Of a DNA stretch of 64,000 nt, positions 56,209-63,898 are shown one piece after another. Numbering within the stretch: position 1 is the stretch's first letter; each line of letters opens with the position of its first letter. The position numbers were made by a program, and so were the translations under genes. Below the pieces are notes generated by a model. It saw only the letters and a list, made by a program, of their open reading frames with translations, was not told the origin of the DNA and did no database searches. Source of the stretch: Chthonomonadales bacterium (GTDB lineage: Bacteria; Armatimonadota; Chthonomonadetes; Chthonomonadales; Chthonomonadaceae); the NCBI GenBank assembly GCA_038211235.1, contig JBBQVV010000001.1:12893-76892 (forward strand). Direction: 5' to 3'.

Positions 56209-57705
56209 ATGGCAGCAATGAAATCTTTACACAGCGCGGTGCAAGAGTTTCTATCGAGTGAACCAAAGCAGCTTTTCATTGGCGGCGATTGGGTTAGCGC
56301 GGCGAACGGCGAGACCATCGAGGCGCGCGACCCGGGCGATGGCCGTGTGATCGCGCATCTCGCCTCGGGCGATGCAGCGGATATTGATCGCGCCGTTGCC
56401 GCGGCGCGACAGGCGTTCCGCACAAGCGGCTGGGCGACCATGCCCACCAACGATCGGGCAGTGATTCTGCACCGGCTCGCGGATCTCATCGACCGGCACC
56501 GGGACGTTCTGGCACAGATCGAGTCACTAGACGTCGGCAAGCCACTGGCTCAGGCGGCCGGCAACGACATCCCGAACGTCGCACAGTCCCTGCGTTACTA
56601 CTCCGATCTAGCGGTACACACTCGCCGGGCAGAGCCTATCGCCGTATCCGGCTACGACGCCCGCTCGATCCGCGTGCCGTACGGCGTCTGCGCGTTTATT
56701 ATCCCCTGGAACTTCCCACTGCTCCTGGTGGGCTGGGGCATCTCGCCGGCGCTGGCTGCCGGCAACACGGTGGTCATTAAACCTCCGGAGGACGCCTCGC
56801 TCTCCACTCTCTACCTGTGCAGATTGGCGCAGGAGGCCGGAGTTCCGGCAGGCGTAATCAACGTGGTGACCGGGTACGGGGAGACGGCCGGCGCGGCGCT
56901 GGCGCAGCACACCGGGATCAACCGGATGTCTTTCACCGGCTCGCCGGAGGTTGGACGGCTGATTGCCGAGTCCTGCGGGCGGAACCTCATTCCGGTCAAG
57001 CTGGAGCTTGGCGGCAAGGGCGCCGCGGTTCTCTTCAACGACATCGACATCGATGCGGCGGCGCAATCACTTGCGGGAGCGATTACGCTGAACTCAGGCC
57101 AGGTTTGCTGCACGGCGACGCGCTGGATCGTCCACGAGAGCATTCGCGACCGCTTTGTCGGAGCCGCGACCGCGGCACTGAGATCGACGAAGATCGGCCA
57201 CGGGCTGGAGTCGGATTCGCAGATGGGTCCGGTCATCAGCGAGAAACAGCGGAGCCGGGTGCTGGGCTACCTGGAGCGCGGCGAGCGCGAGGGCGCCGAC
57301 GTTCTATTGCGCGGAGGCGTTGCCGAGGTGCCGGGCTGCGAGGGCGGCTACTTTGTCAAGCCGGCGCTGCTCGGCGGATCGCAAGAGAACATCTGTGCCA
57401 ATGACGAGATATTCGGCCCGACCGCTTACGTCATGGGATTCACCGATGAGGACGAGGCGGTGGAGCTCGTCAACCGGTCTAACTACGGCCTTGCGAACAG
57501 CGTCTGGTCGTCGGACCTCGGTCGAGCCAATCGGGTCGCCGAGGCCATGGTGGCCGGCAACAGCTGGATCAACGCACACAACGTCTTCGCGCACGGAATC
57601 CCCTACGCTGGCTGCAATCTCAGCGGCATGGGCGGCGGCGTGTGCGGCCCCGAGACGCTGTTCGACTATCTGCGCCCACAGTCGATCGTTCGACCGCTTG
57701 CGTAG
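56209..57705 (+). CDS. NAD(P)-dependent aldehyde dehydrogenase
   Basis: 498 aa with VKLELGGKG and NSGQVCCTATR (catalytic Cys). An alternative ATG lies at 56218. Confidence 0.9.
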   Translation: MAAMKSLHSAVQEFLSSEPKQLFIGGDWVSAANGETIEARDPGDGRVIAHLASGDAADIDRAVAAARQAFRTSGWATMPTNDRAVILHRLADLIDRHRDVLAQIESLDVGKPLAQAAGNDIPNVAQSLRYYSDLAVHTRRAEPIAVSGYDARSIRVPYGVCAFIIPWNFPLLLVGWGISPALAAGNTVVIKPPEDASLSTLYLCRLAQEAGVPAGVINVVTGYGETAGAALAQHTGINRMSFTGSPEVGRLIAESCGRNLIPVKLELGGKGAAVLFNDIDIDAAAQSLAGAITLNSGQVCCTATRWIVHESIRDRFVGAATAALRSTKIGHGLESDSQMGPVISEKQRSRVLGYLERGEREGADVLLRGGVAEVPGCEGGYFVKPALLGGSQENICANDEIFGPTAYVMGFTDEDEAVELVNRSNYGLANSVWSSDLGRANRVAEAMVAGNSWINAHNVFAHGIPYAGCNLSGMGGGVCGPETLFDYLRPQSIVRPLA

Positions 57706-57812
57706 AGGACGCGACAACCTGCATGATTCACGTTATTCGGGCCCGCGCAAGTTCCGAGCAGATGCGATAGATGTCAGAAGCAATCGGCACGTGCTGCTGG
57801 GAGGTGTTCCTC

Positions 57813-58152
57813 ATGTCTGACCTCTCCGTCAGGAAGGCTCGTTACATTCAGGACAACCTTCCGACCCGGTTGAGTGGACTGGCTGGCACGTGTCCGTTCC
57901 TTTTCGCGGGACGCCGCGAATCGAAAGATCGTCTACGACCTCGTACACGAGAGCAAATGGTTCATCGAGTGGACTGCCGCGGAGACGGAAATCGACACCG
58001 CAGAGCAACTGGTAGCTCTGCGGCTCGAACTAGCGCTGTTGCAGCTCGATAGGGAGCGCATTTTGGGTAACCAGGCGCCGCGGGCCGCGGTTGCATGTCA
58101 CGCTCTCGCGTGGTCCGATCGAGTTCCGCAGATGTCAGGTCTTCTACATTGA
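57813..58152 (+). pseudogene. Small conserved-looking hypothetical gene split by a 1-nt frameshift (or a separate GTG-start ORF at 57874)
   Basis: MSDLSVRKARYIQDNLPTRLSGLA is in one frame. ARVRSFSRDAANRKIVYDLVHESKWFIEWTAAE... is in the next. Removing one G from CTGGCTGGCACG joins them. Confidence 0.3.
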
Positions 58153-58162
58153 CGTTCGATAG

Positions 58163-58621
58163 ATGAATGAGATTTATCGCGTCAATGCGTCACGGCTGAC
58201 CGCTCATCCCCTGTTTGACCGGCCCGAGGCGCAGCGTCCGTTTGGAGAATGTTCAATGGCAGCGGAAGACGACGTGCGGCGGATCTGCCTCTCCCTGCCG
58301 GAGACAGCTGAGAAGCCGTACGCGCGACTGCCCGGTTTTCGCGTCCGGAACAGGCTCTTTGCACACATCCGTGAAAACCCCTACGCGCTGGTCGTCGGGC
58401 GTCCGGACATTCAGGAGAAGGAGGCGCTCATCGCCTCGGCGCCCGATAAGTTCTTCCAGACGCCTCACTATTACGGCCATCCTGCCGTACTCGTACGTCT
58501 GGATGCGGTGGATGTAGAGGAGCTTGAGGAGATCCTGACCGAGGCCTGGATGCTTGCGGCGCCCGTAAGGTTGAGCGCCGCGTTCGAGGCTGGAGATATT
58601 TCAATTCAGGTCACCGGGTAG
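58163..58621 (+). CDS. MmcQ/YjbR-family protein
   Basis: The core DVRRICLSLPETAEKPYARLPGFRVRNRLFAHI matches my memory of the family. The start may be the ATG at about 58256. Confidence 0.65.
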   Translation: MNEIYRVNASRLTAHPLFDRPEAQRPFGECSMAAEDDVRRICLSLPETAEKPYARLPGFRVRNRLFAHIRENPYALVVGRPDIQEKEALIASAPDKFFQTPHYYGHPAVLVRLDAVDVEELEEILTEAWMLAAPVRLSAAFEAGDISIQVTG

Positions 58622-59222
58622 GGTTTTGGTGAATTCTGAACTGAACAGTCTTCGCCTCCTTACTCTGGCGCCGGGCGGGTAAGCCCCCTTTCTCGCGTTT
58701 CTCCGACGCCTCTAAGAATGGATGCAAGACGATTTTTCCGCCCTTCCTTCCGCCTCTGGTATCGCCGAAAGTGCGGGGCTTCTCGCCCCGGTGCGCATGC
58801 CGTCCGGCGCCCCCGATAGCCGCTTCCAACTGACGCCGCCCTCCTGAATCGCCTGAAAAACGTACCAAAATGTGCTCCGGAGGGCGTTTTTCGCTTCATT
58901 TTCGCGCAAGAATGTACATGTTTCACCACGCTATTTCGCCGGTATCCAGGGTGAAGTACGGGTGTGATTGCGTTCAAGCGCTCGGAAACTGAAATGCTGC
59001 CGGCACACTATCATGTAATTCGCGGTCCGCGGCGCAGGACAATTCAAAAGCGTCGGTGAACGCTGTGGTCGCCGGTTTTAAGTGATCGGCGGTTATGCGG
59101 CGCGAGAACCGGTTTCCGATTTGGAAGATGCTCAAGGCTGCGGAAAGAGTTGGCCTTCCTCGCCGCGCGTTTTGACGCCAGCTTCACTAATACACACAGC
59201 GAACGCGGAGTTAGACGACACG

Positions 59223-59510
59223 GTGCCCGACACCGTCATCGACAATCCGATCCTAAACAGCCCGTTCGCGGAGCCTGCGCGCCACTTCCGTTTCGACGAG
59301 GAGGGCATCACCAGTGAGATCGTCGACGAACGGCGAACGAGCACCTACTTCGTGCCCATCCCGAAGGCCAGGAAGAGGGGCGCGAACCCTGTTCTGCCGG
59401 GAGACTGGACCGAGGACCGCATCCAGGCGAACGCGGACGTCGATCGTATCCGGGGTCGCGTCGCGCTCTGGCGTCAGGGCGGATATGCCGGCGTCACGTT
59501 CCGCGACTGA
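59223..59510 (+). pseudogene. N-terminal ~95-codon fragment of a Res-type restriction helicase/endonuclease
   Basis: From the GTG: VPDTVIDNPILNSPFAEPARHFRFDEEGITSEIVDERRTSTYFVPIP...WRQGGYAGVTFRD-stop. Family members I recall are roughly 900-1000 aa and continue past GVT. Confidence 0.6.
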
Positions 59511-59608
59511 TTGTATTTACTAGGCCCAAGTGGCCCGGCCGACACGTTTTTGTCGTTGGATGTGTTCGGGGCAGACCCGCTTTGAAAGTCTTGTTTGGAG
59601 CCATTGAT

Positions 59609-60336
59609 ATGAGCATGGACCGGATGGAGTCCTATCTCCGCGAACTGCTAGGAAAGTTGCGTGCGCTTCCGAAGGAAACGGGCTGGGTAGAATTCAAAGA
59701 GAACTACTACGATCCTGACGAGATCGGTGAATATGTCTCCGCGTTAAGCAACGCTGCGGCCCTAGCCGGCAAGGCAAACGGATAGCTGGTGTGGGGAGTG
59801 CGTGACTCCGACCACGCTCCAGTCGGCACCACCTTTCAGCCGGCATCGAGCAAGAAGGGAAATGAGGATTTTGAGAATTGGTTGGTGCGTCTACTCAACC
59901 CGAGGCTTAGCATAGGCTTCACGAGGTAGGAATCGAGGGCCGGCGCTTCGTGCTTCTTGAGGTACCCCGCGCGGCGAGGCAACCCACACAGTTCGAGGGA
60001 AACGAATATATCCGGGTTGGATCGTATCGAAAGAAGCTGAAGGATTATCCTGAAATCGAGCGAGCACTGTGGAAAGTGTTTGATACGACCCCGTTCGAGC
60101 ATCTAGCCGCTGCTGACCGTTTACGAGGTCCCGAAGTTCTGGCACTACTGGACTATCCAGCATATTTCCATCTACTTGACCTGGCTTTGCCGGCGGAGGC
60201 GGGAGCGATCCTGGCTCGGCTCGAAGAGGATGGACTGATCGTGAAGGATACTGCCCGTCGGTGGTCAATTGCTAACCTTGGCGCGGTGTTGTTCGCGAAG
60301 AACCTTGCACAATTCGGCCCGCTCGGGCGCAAGGCC
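59609..60336 (+). pseudogene. AlbA_2 (Schlafen-like) domain gene with nonsense, frameshift and 3' interruption
   Basis: GWVEFKENYYDPDEIGEYVSALSNAAALAGKANG-TAG(59783)-LVWGVRDSDHAPVGTTF. The frame switches near 59908-59922 to HEVGIEGRRFVLLEVPRA...YIRVGSYRKKLKDYPEIERALW...LGAVLFAKNLAQFGPLGRKA. Homology stops at about 60336. Confidence 0.65.
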
Positions 60337-60631
60337 CTGCTGTCAGCGTGTGCTGGCCGTCGAGATGACGCAACAGGCTATGGAATTCAGCCGAGAGCAT
60401 GAGATGAAGGTGTATTACAAGGGTGTTGAGGTCGGAATGCGGCGGGTGGATTTCTTTGTCGAGGAAAAAGTGATGGTGGAATTGAAAGCCATATGCCAAC
60501 TGGAAGACGTGCATCTCGCTCAGGCGATCAACTATCTGGAGGCCTACCGCCTTCCCGTTGGTTTGCTGCTCAACTTCGGCGCGCCGAGCCTCCAGTTCAA
60601 GCGCGTGATGCGACCGCTAAGCAACTCGTAG
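60337..60631 (+). pseudogene. C-terminal two-thirds of a GxxExxY (PD-(D/E)XK-like) gene
   Basis: CQRVLAVEMTQQAMEFSREHEMKVYYKGVEVGMRRVDFFVEEKVMVELKAICQLEDVHLAQAINYLEAYRLPVGLLLNFGAPSLQFKRV. The N-terminal EVH...GxxE part is missing here. Confidence 0.65.
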
Positions 60632-60722
60632 TCCATCCTATAATCAATCTAACCATCTAACCATGGTTCAGGGAATAGATGTCCCACGGACTGTTTGAAC
60701 CATGATTTGTGGGATTGGCATG
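60629..60722 (+). repeat. Repeat family copy A (head + hairpin + tail)
   Basis: TAGTCCATCCTATAATCA...CATGGTTCA(60662-60670)-25 nt-TGAACCATG(60696-60704)ATTTGTGGGATTGGCATG. See 63525-63750 for copies B and D. Confidence 0.7.
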
Positions 60723-61213
60723 TGCACTGGGATCTGGCCCGGAAGAAGCAGGCGCTCGAAGCCGAAACGGGAGTCAAGATCGTTCTGAAGCAGATTCCGC
60801 GCGAGATCCTGGAGCCAAATCGCGACAAGGTGCAGTTCTTCGAGGCGGGATGGCTGTAGGCGAAGACGACTTCTGTCGAAGGCAAGGTGAGAGTGAAACT
60901 GACCGGCTTTCTTCCGGCGCTCGCCGAGGCGCCGGAAATAGTGCTGGAGGCGCTGCGCGAGCGCGCCGTGCGGTCGCCGTTCGACTTCATCGACTTCTGG
61001 GCCGTGGACTTCGAGCACCGAGACGACAATCCCTTCGAGCACCACTGGCAGGACTTCCGGACGCGCAAGGACCGCAGCCTGAAAATCGCCACCGACATCG
61101 ATTGGGAGTACGCGACGCCTGGCAGGAAGCAGATATGCGTCAAGGTGATCGACGTGTTCGGAGTCGACATGACGACGGTGATTGAGGTAACAGTGATTGA
61201 GGCAGATGAATGA
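60716..61213 (+). pseudogene. C-terminal ~165-codon remnant of an N6/N4 DNA methyltransferase with an in-frame TAG
   Basis: ...VKIVLKQIPREILEPNRDKVQFFEAGWL-TAG(60857)-AKTTSVEGKVRVKLTGF...IDFWAVDFEHRDDNPFEHHWQDFRTRKDRSL...ICVKVIDVFGVDMTTVIEV. This matches remembered methylase C-terminal tails. No catalytic domain lies upstream. Confidence 0.6.
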
Positions 61214-61713
61214 AACGATATCGAATCTACCTTGACACCTCCGTGGTAGGCGGCGTTCATGACGACGAATTCGCCGAACAGACATCCGAACTCAAATTGC
61301 GGTTCGAGAGCGGCAGCGCCGTCGCCGTTCTTTCGCCTCCGCTGTTCGACGAGGTCGCCGACGCGCCGGAATTCGTTCAACGCACACTGACGGACCTCGC
61401 GGCGGGCGCCGAAACGCTGCAGTTCTCCGTTGAAGCCGAACTACTGCGCGATGCCTACATCGCCGGGGGAATCTTGACCGCGAAGTATGCATCCGATGCT
61501 CTTCACGTGGCGTATGCCACCATTGCAAGGGTCGACGTCCTTGCCAGTTGGAACTTCAAGCATATGGTGAACTCGGATCGGATCCGGCGATTCAACGCAA
61601 TCAATTCTGGACGCGGATACGAACAGGTGATAATCCTGAGCCCAGCTGACATTGTTCAGATGATGAAGGAAGAAGAGGAGCAAGAGGATGAAGACGAAAA
61701 CCAAGACGTTTGA
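61210..61713 (+). CDS. PIN-like domain protein with acidic tail
   Basis: 167 aa. ATGA overlap with the methylase remnant stop. Motifs IYLDTSVVGG, DALHVAYATIARVDVLASWNFKHMV and C-terminal EEEEQEDEDE are present. Confidence 0.7.
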   Translation: MKRYRIYLDTSVVGGVHDDEFAEQTSELKLRFESGSAVAVLSPPLFDEVADAPEFVQRTLTDLAAGAETLQFSVEAELLRDAYIAGGILTAKYASDALHVAYATIARVDVLASWNFKHMVNSDRIRRFNAINSGRGYEQVIILSPADIVQMMKEEEEQEDEDENQDV

Positions 61714-61882
61714 TTGCGTCCAGATGAAACGCGAGATTCAGGCCGCGCGATCCGAAGCGGACGCCGGCCTGACGGCGGAAGAGCGAATCTCGGCAATGAA
61801 GGCGCGAATCATGAAAGGCCCATTCGCACACCTATGGCAGGCCGGGGAAGCCGCTTCGTCCCGCGACGAAAAGGCAGCTTAG
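61688..61882 (+). CDS. Small partner protein of the PIN-like gene (putative antitoxin-like)
   Basis: 64 aa, overlapping the PIN-like gene by 26 nt. FDCVQMKREIQAARSEADAGLTAEERISAMKARI. Confidence 0.45.
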   Translation: MKTKTKTFDCVQMKREIQAARSEADAGLTAEERISAMKARIMKGPFAHLWQAGEAASSRDEKAA

Positions 61883-62228
61883 TGCTGGCCCGATCATGAG
61901 CATGCGAATCACACAACAGAATCTCGACGCGCTGCGCCCGCTCTAGAAGCCGTGGGAGGAGCCGCATCTGCACGGCGTCAAGGGCCGCTTAATCCTGTCG
62001 ATCATGTTGCAGGTGCATTGTGCGCGTGCCGATTCTAAGCCCGAACCCCCATTCGATTGACCAACGATGGTCGGTGTCGAGCGAACCCGTGCAGATGGAG
62101 CGGAACTGCCAATTGCGATGCAGGCGGCACGGCAGACAGTAGGGCCTGGATTGAATCGGCGACATGTCGCCTCTGAGAAAGCGGCGACACGTCGCACGCA
62201 CTCCAAATGGACGTGAGTGAGGGCGATC

Positions 62229-62373
62229 GTTGCCCAGACCCACCGACGAGGCGACCTTGATTTCGCTCTACAGCACTGTCACCGGGCCGTTCCCGCTGAC
62301 GGAGACCGGCAAGATCGCGGTCAAAGTGATCAACGACTATGGTGATGAGGTGCTGAAGGAGTATGAGGTTTGA
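62229..62373 (+). pseudogene. ~48-codon 3' scrap of a second methyltransferase type
   Basis: SLPRPTDEATLISLYSTVTGPFPLTETGKIAVKVINDYGDEVLKEYEV-stop. It is paralogous to the end of 63266-63520 (about 80 percent nt identity over ~130 nt by hand count). Confidence 0.6.
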
Positions 62374-62432
62374 GCGACTTCACCTGGACCTTTCCCTGCA
62401 GTCTCTATGATCGCGCCGACAGCCAACCCGCA

Positions 62433-62470
62433 ATCATAGTCCATCCGGTAATCCGCTAAATCCGAGTTCA
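62433..62470 (+). repeat. Repeat family copy C (head only)
   Basis: ATCATAGTCCATCCGGTAATCCGCTAAATCCGAGTTCA. Confidence 0.55.
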
Positions 62471-62589
62471 AGACGATGTACCGTTCGCCGGACTCGACGT
62501 CCTGACGTGCCGACCACGCGTGTGGAACAGTCTGGTACGATAAGAACAGGGTTGACGAGGAGTGTCGCGCGTTATGGAGAGACCGAACA

Positions 62590-62907
62590 ATGATAGCCCA
62601 TGGTATTGACCTCAACTCGGACGCCATCCGCGATTTCTGCCGTAAGTGGAAGATCAAGGAGCTGAGCGTCTTCGGATCTATCCTGAGAGACGATTTCCGG
62701 ACGGACAGCGACGTCGATTTGCTGTTCGAGCTGGAAGAAGGCGTCCAATTGACAATGGACTCATGGCTGTCCATGGAAAAAGAGCTGCAGGTCCTATTTG
62801 CCCACAAGGTTGACCTGGTACCCCGGAAGAGCCTGGAGCGCAGCTCAAACTACATTCGGCGAGACCACATTCTCAAAACGGCGGAGCCTCTCTTTGTCAC
62901 GCGATGA
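62590..62907 (+). CDS. MNT-type nucleotidyltransferase (antitoxin-like partner of HEPN)
   Basis: 105 aa. Motif VFGSILRDDFRTDSDVDLLFE. Confidence 0.85.
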   Translation: MIAHGIDLNSDAIRDFCRKWKIKELSVFGSILRDDFRTDSDVDLLFELEEGVQLTMDSWLSMEKELQVLFAHKVDLVPRKSLERSSNYIRRDHILKTAEPLFVTR

Positions 62908-63244
62908 TGCCTGGCTGCTCGACATGCTGACGCACTCTCGCGAAGCCCGCGAGCGAGTTGCGGGCATCACCCGCGACGAGTTTTTACTAGACCGCGACAA
63001 GCAGCTTGCCGTGACGCACCTCGTGATGATCGTCGGCGAGGCCGCTGCCCAAGTCGCAGTTGAGCGCCGCGCTTTACTGCCCGAAGTTCCATGGGGTAAA
63101 GTCGTTTCCACGCGAAATCGCACTATTCATCACTATTTCAAGGTGGACGCTGAGATCATCTGGGATGTTGTCGATTCGGATCTTCCGGAATTGATCCGCC
63201 GGCTTGAAGCCGAGATTCCGCCGGACGACAAAGTGACCGATTAG
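62894..63244 (+). CDS. HEPN / DUF86 (HepT-like) protein
   Basis: The TTG at 62894 overlaps the MNT gene by 14 nt. RDDAWLLDML starts the protein and the Rx4H motif is RNRTIHHY. Confidence 0.8.
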   Translation: MSRDDAWLLDMLTHSREARERVAGITRDEFLLDRDKQLAVTHLVMIVGEAAAQVAVERRALLPEVPWGKVVSTRNRTIHHYFKVDAEIIWDVVDSDLPELIRRLEAEIPPDDKVTD

Positions 63245-63265
63245 GACTCCACACGAGACTCTATC

Positions 63266-63520
63266 ATGGACATCGCCTGCTGGTTTATCGACACCGACTA
63301 CAATGGCGTGTCGTTCTTTGTGCGACACGCCTACTTCACCGGCGCGGACGAACCGTACGATAAGCTGAAACCGGCCCTGCGCGCCAAAATCGATGAGGCT
63401 GCGTGGACTTCGCTCTACAGCACCGTCAGCCGACCGTTCCCACCGCCCGAGACCGGCAAGATCGTCGTCAAAGTGATTAACCGCTTTGGCGACGCGGTGC
63501 CGAAGGTGTACGAGGTTTGA
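63266..63520 (+). pseudogene. C-terminal 84-codon fragment of a DNA methyltransferase
   Basis: CWFIDTDYNGVSFFVRHAYFTGADEPYDKLKPALRAKIDEAAWTSLYSTVSRPFPPPETGKIVVKVINRFGDAVPKVYEV-stop. No catalytic part lies upstream. Confidence 0.6.
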
Positions 63521-63524
63521 ATCG

Positions 63525-63750
63525 GAACCATGATTATTGGGATTTTCATGATTACTATGATTGCGCAGGCGATGCAATCGGAAATCATAGTCCATCCCAT
63601 AATCATTCTAATCATGGTTCAGGGAACTAATGGCCCTCGCACTGTTTTGGTTTGAACCATGGGTTTTCTGAAGTTCATGGTGACTATGATTTCGCTCGGC
63701 TGTGGGTCTGCTATCATAGTCCATCGTATAACCATTCCAATCATGGTTCA
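63525..63750 (+). repeat. Repeat family cluster: tail-only copy, full copy B, head-only copy D
   Basis: Tail-only copy: GAACCATGATTATTGGGATTTTCATG (63525-63550). Copy B: ATCATAGTCCATCCCATAATCATTCTAATCATGGTTCA...TGAACCATG (63584-63661). Copy D: ATCATAGTCCATCGTATAACCATTCCAATCATGGTTCA (63713-63750). Confidence 0.7.
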
Positions 63751-63773
63751 CAAGACAGCGAAACGGTTCCACC

Positions 63774-63898
63774 ATGCCTGACAAGTACCTCCACTCCGAA
63801 TTGACCGGCAACATAATCGGCTGCGCGATGGAGGTTCACGGTATCCTTGCGAGAGGGTTTCAGGAGGCATCTCGACGAGCTTTCAACACGGTCTCGAG
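63774..63898 (+). pseudogene. N-terminal third of a GxxExxY gene
   Basis: MPDKYLHSELTGNIIGCAMEVHGILARGFQEAS..., the family's N-terminal EVH...G-F-x-E block. Family similarity is lost after that. Confidence 0.55.

Noticed and set aside
60649-61380. 243-aa minus-strand ORF (and 60668-61285) across repeat A and the methylase remnant
   Set aside because: It begins inside the PIN-like gene and ends in a repeat copy. It has a low-complexity Ser/Arg-rich composition, whereas the plus strand carries recognisable family sequence.
60629-63750. Integron attC sites or a CRISPR array as the explanation for the repeats
   Set aside because: The hairpin arms (CATGGTTCA/TGAACCATG) do not fit the RYYYAAC/GTTRRRY attC cores. 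No intI or cas genes are in the window. The repeat spacing and length are irregular, and the units are partial and mosaic rather than uniform.
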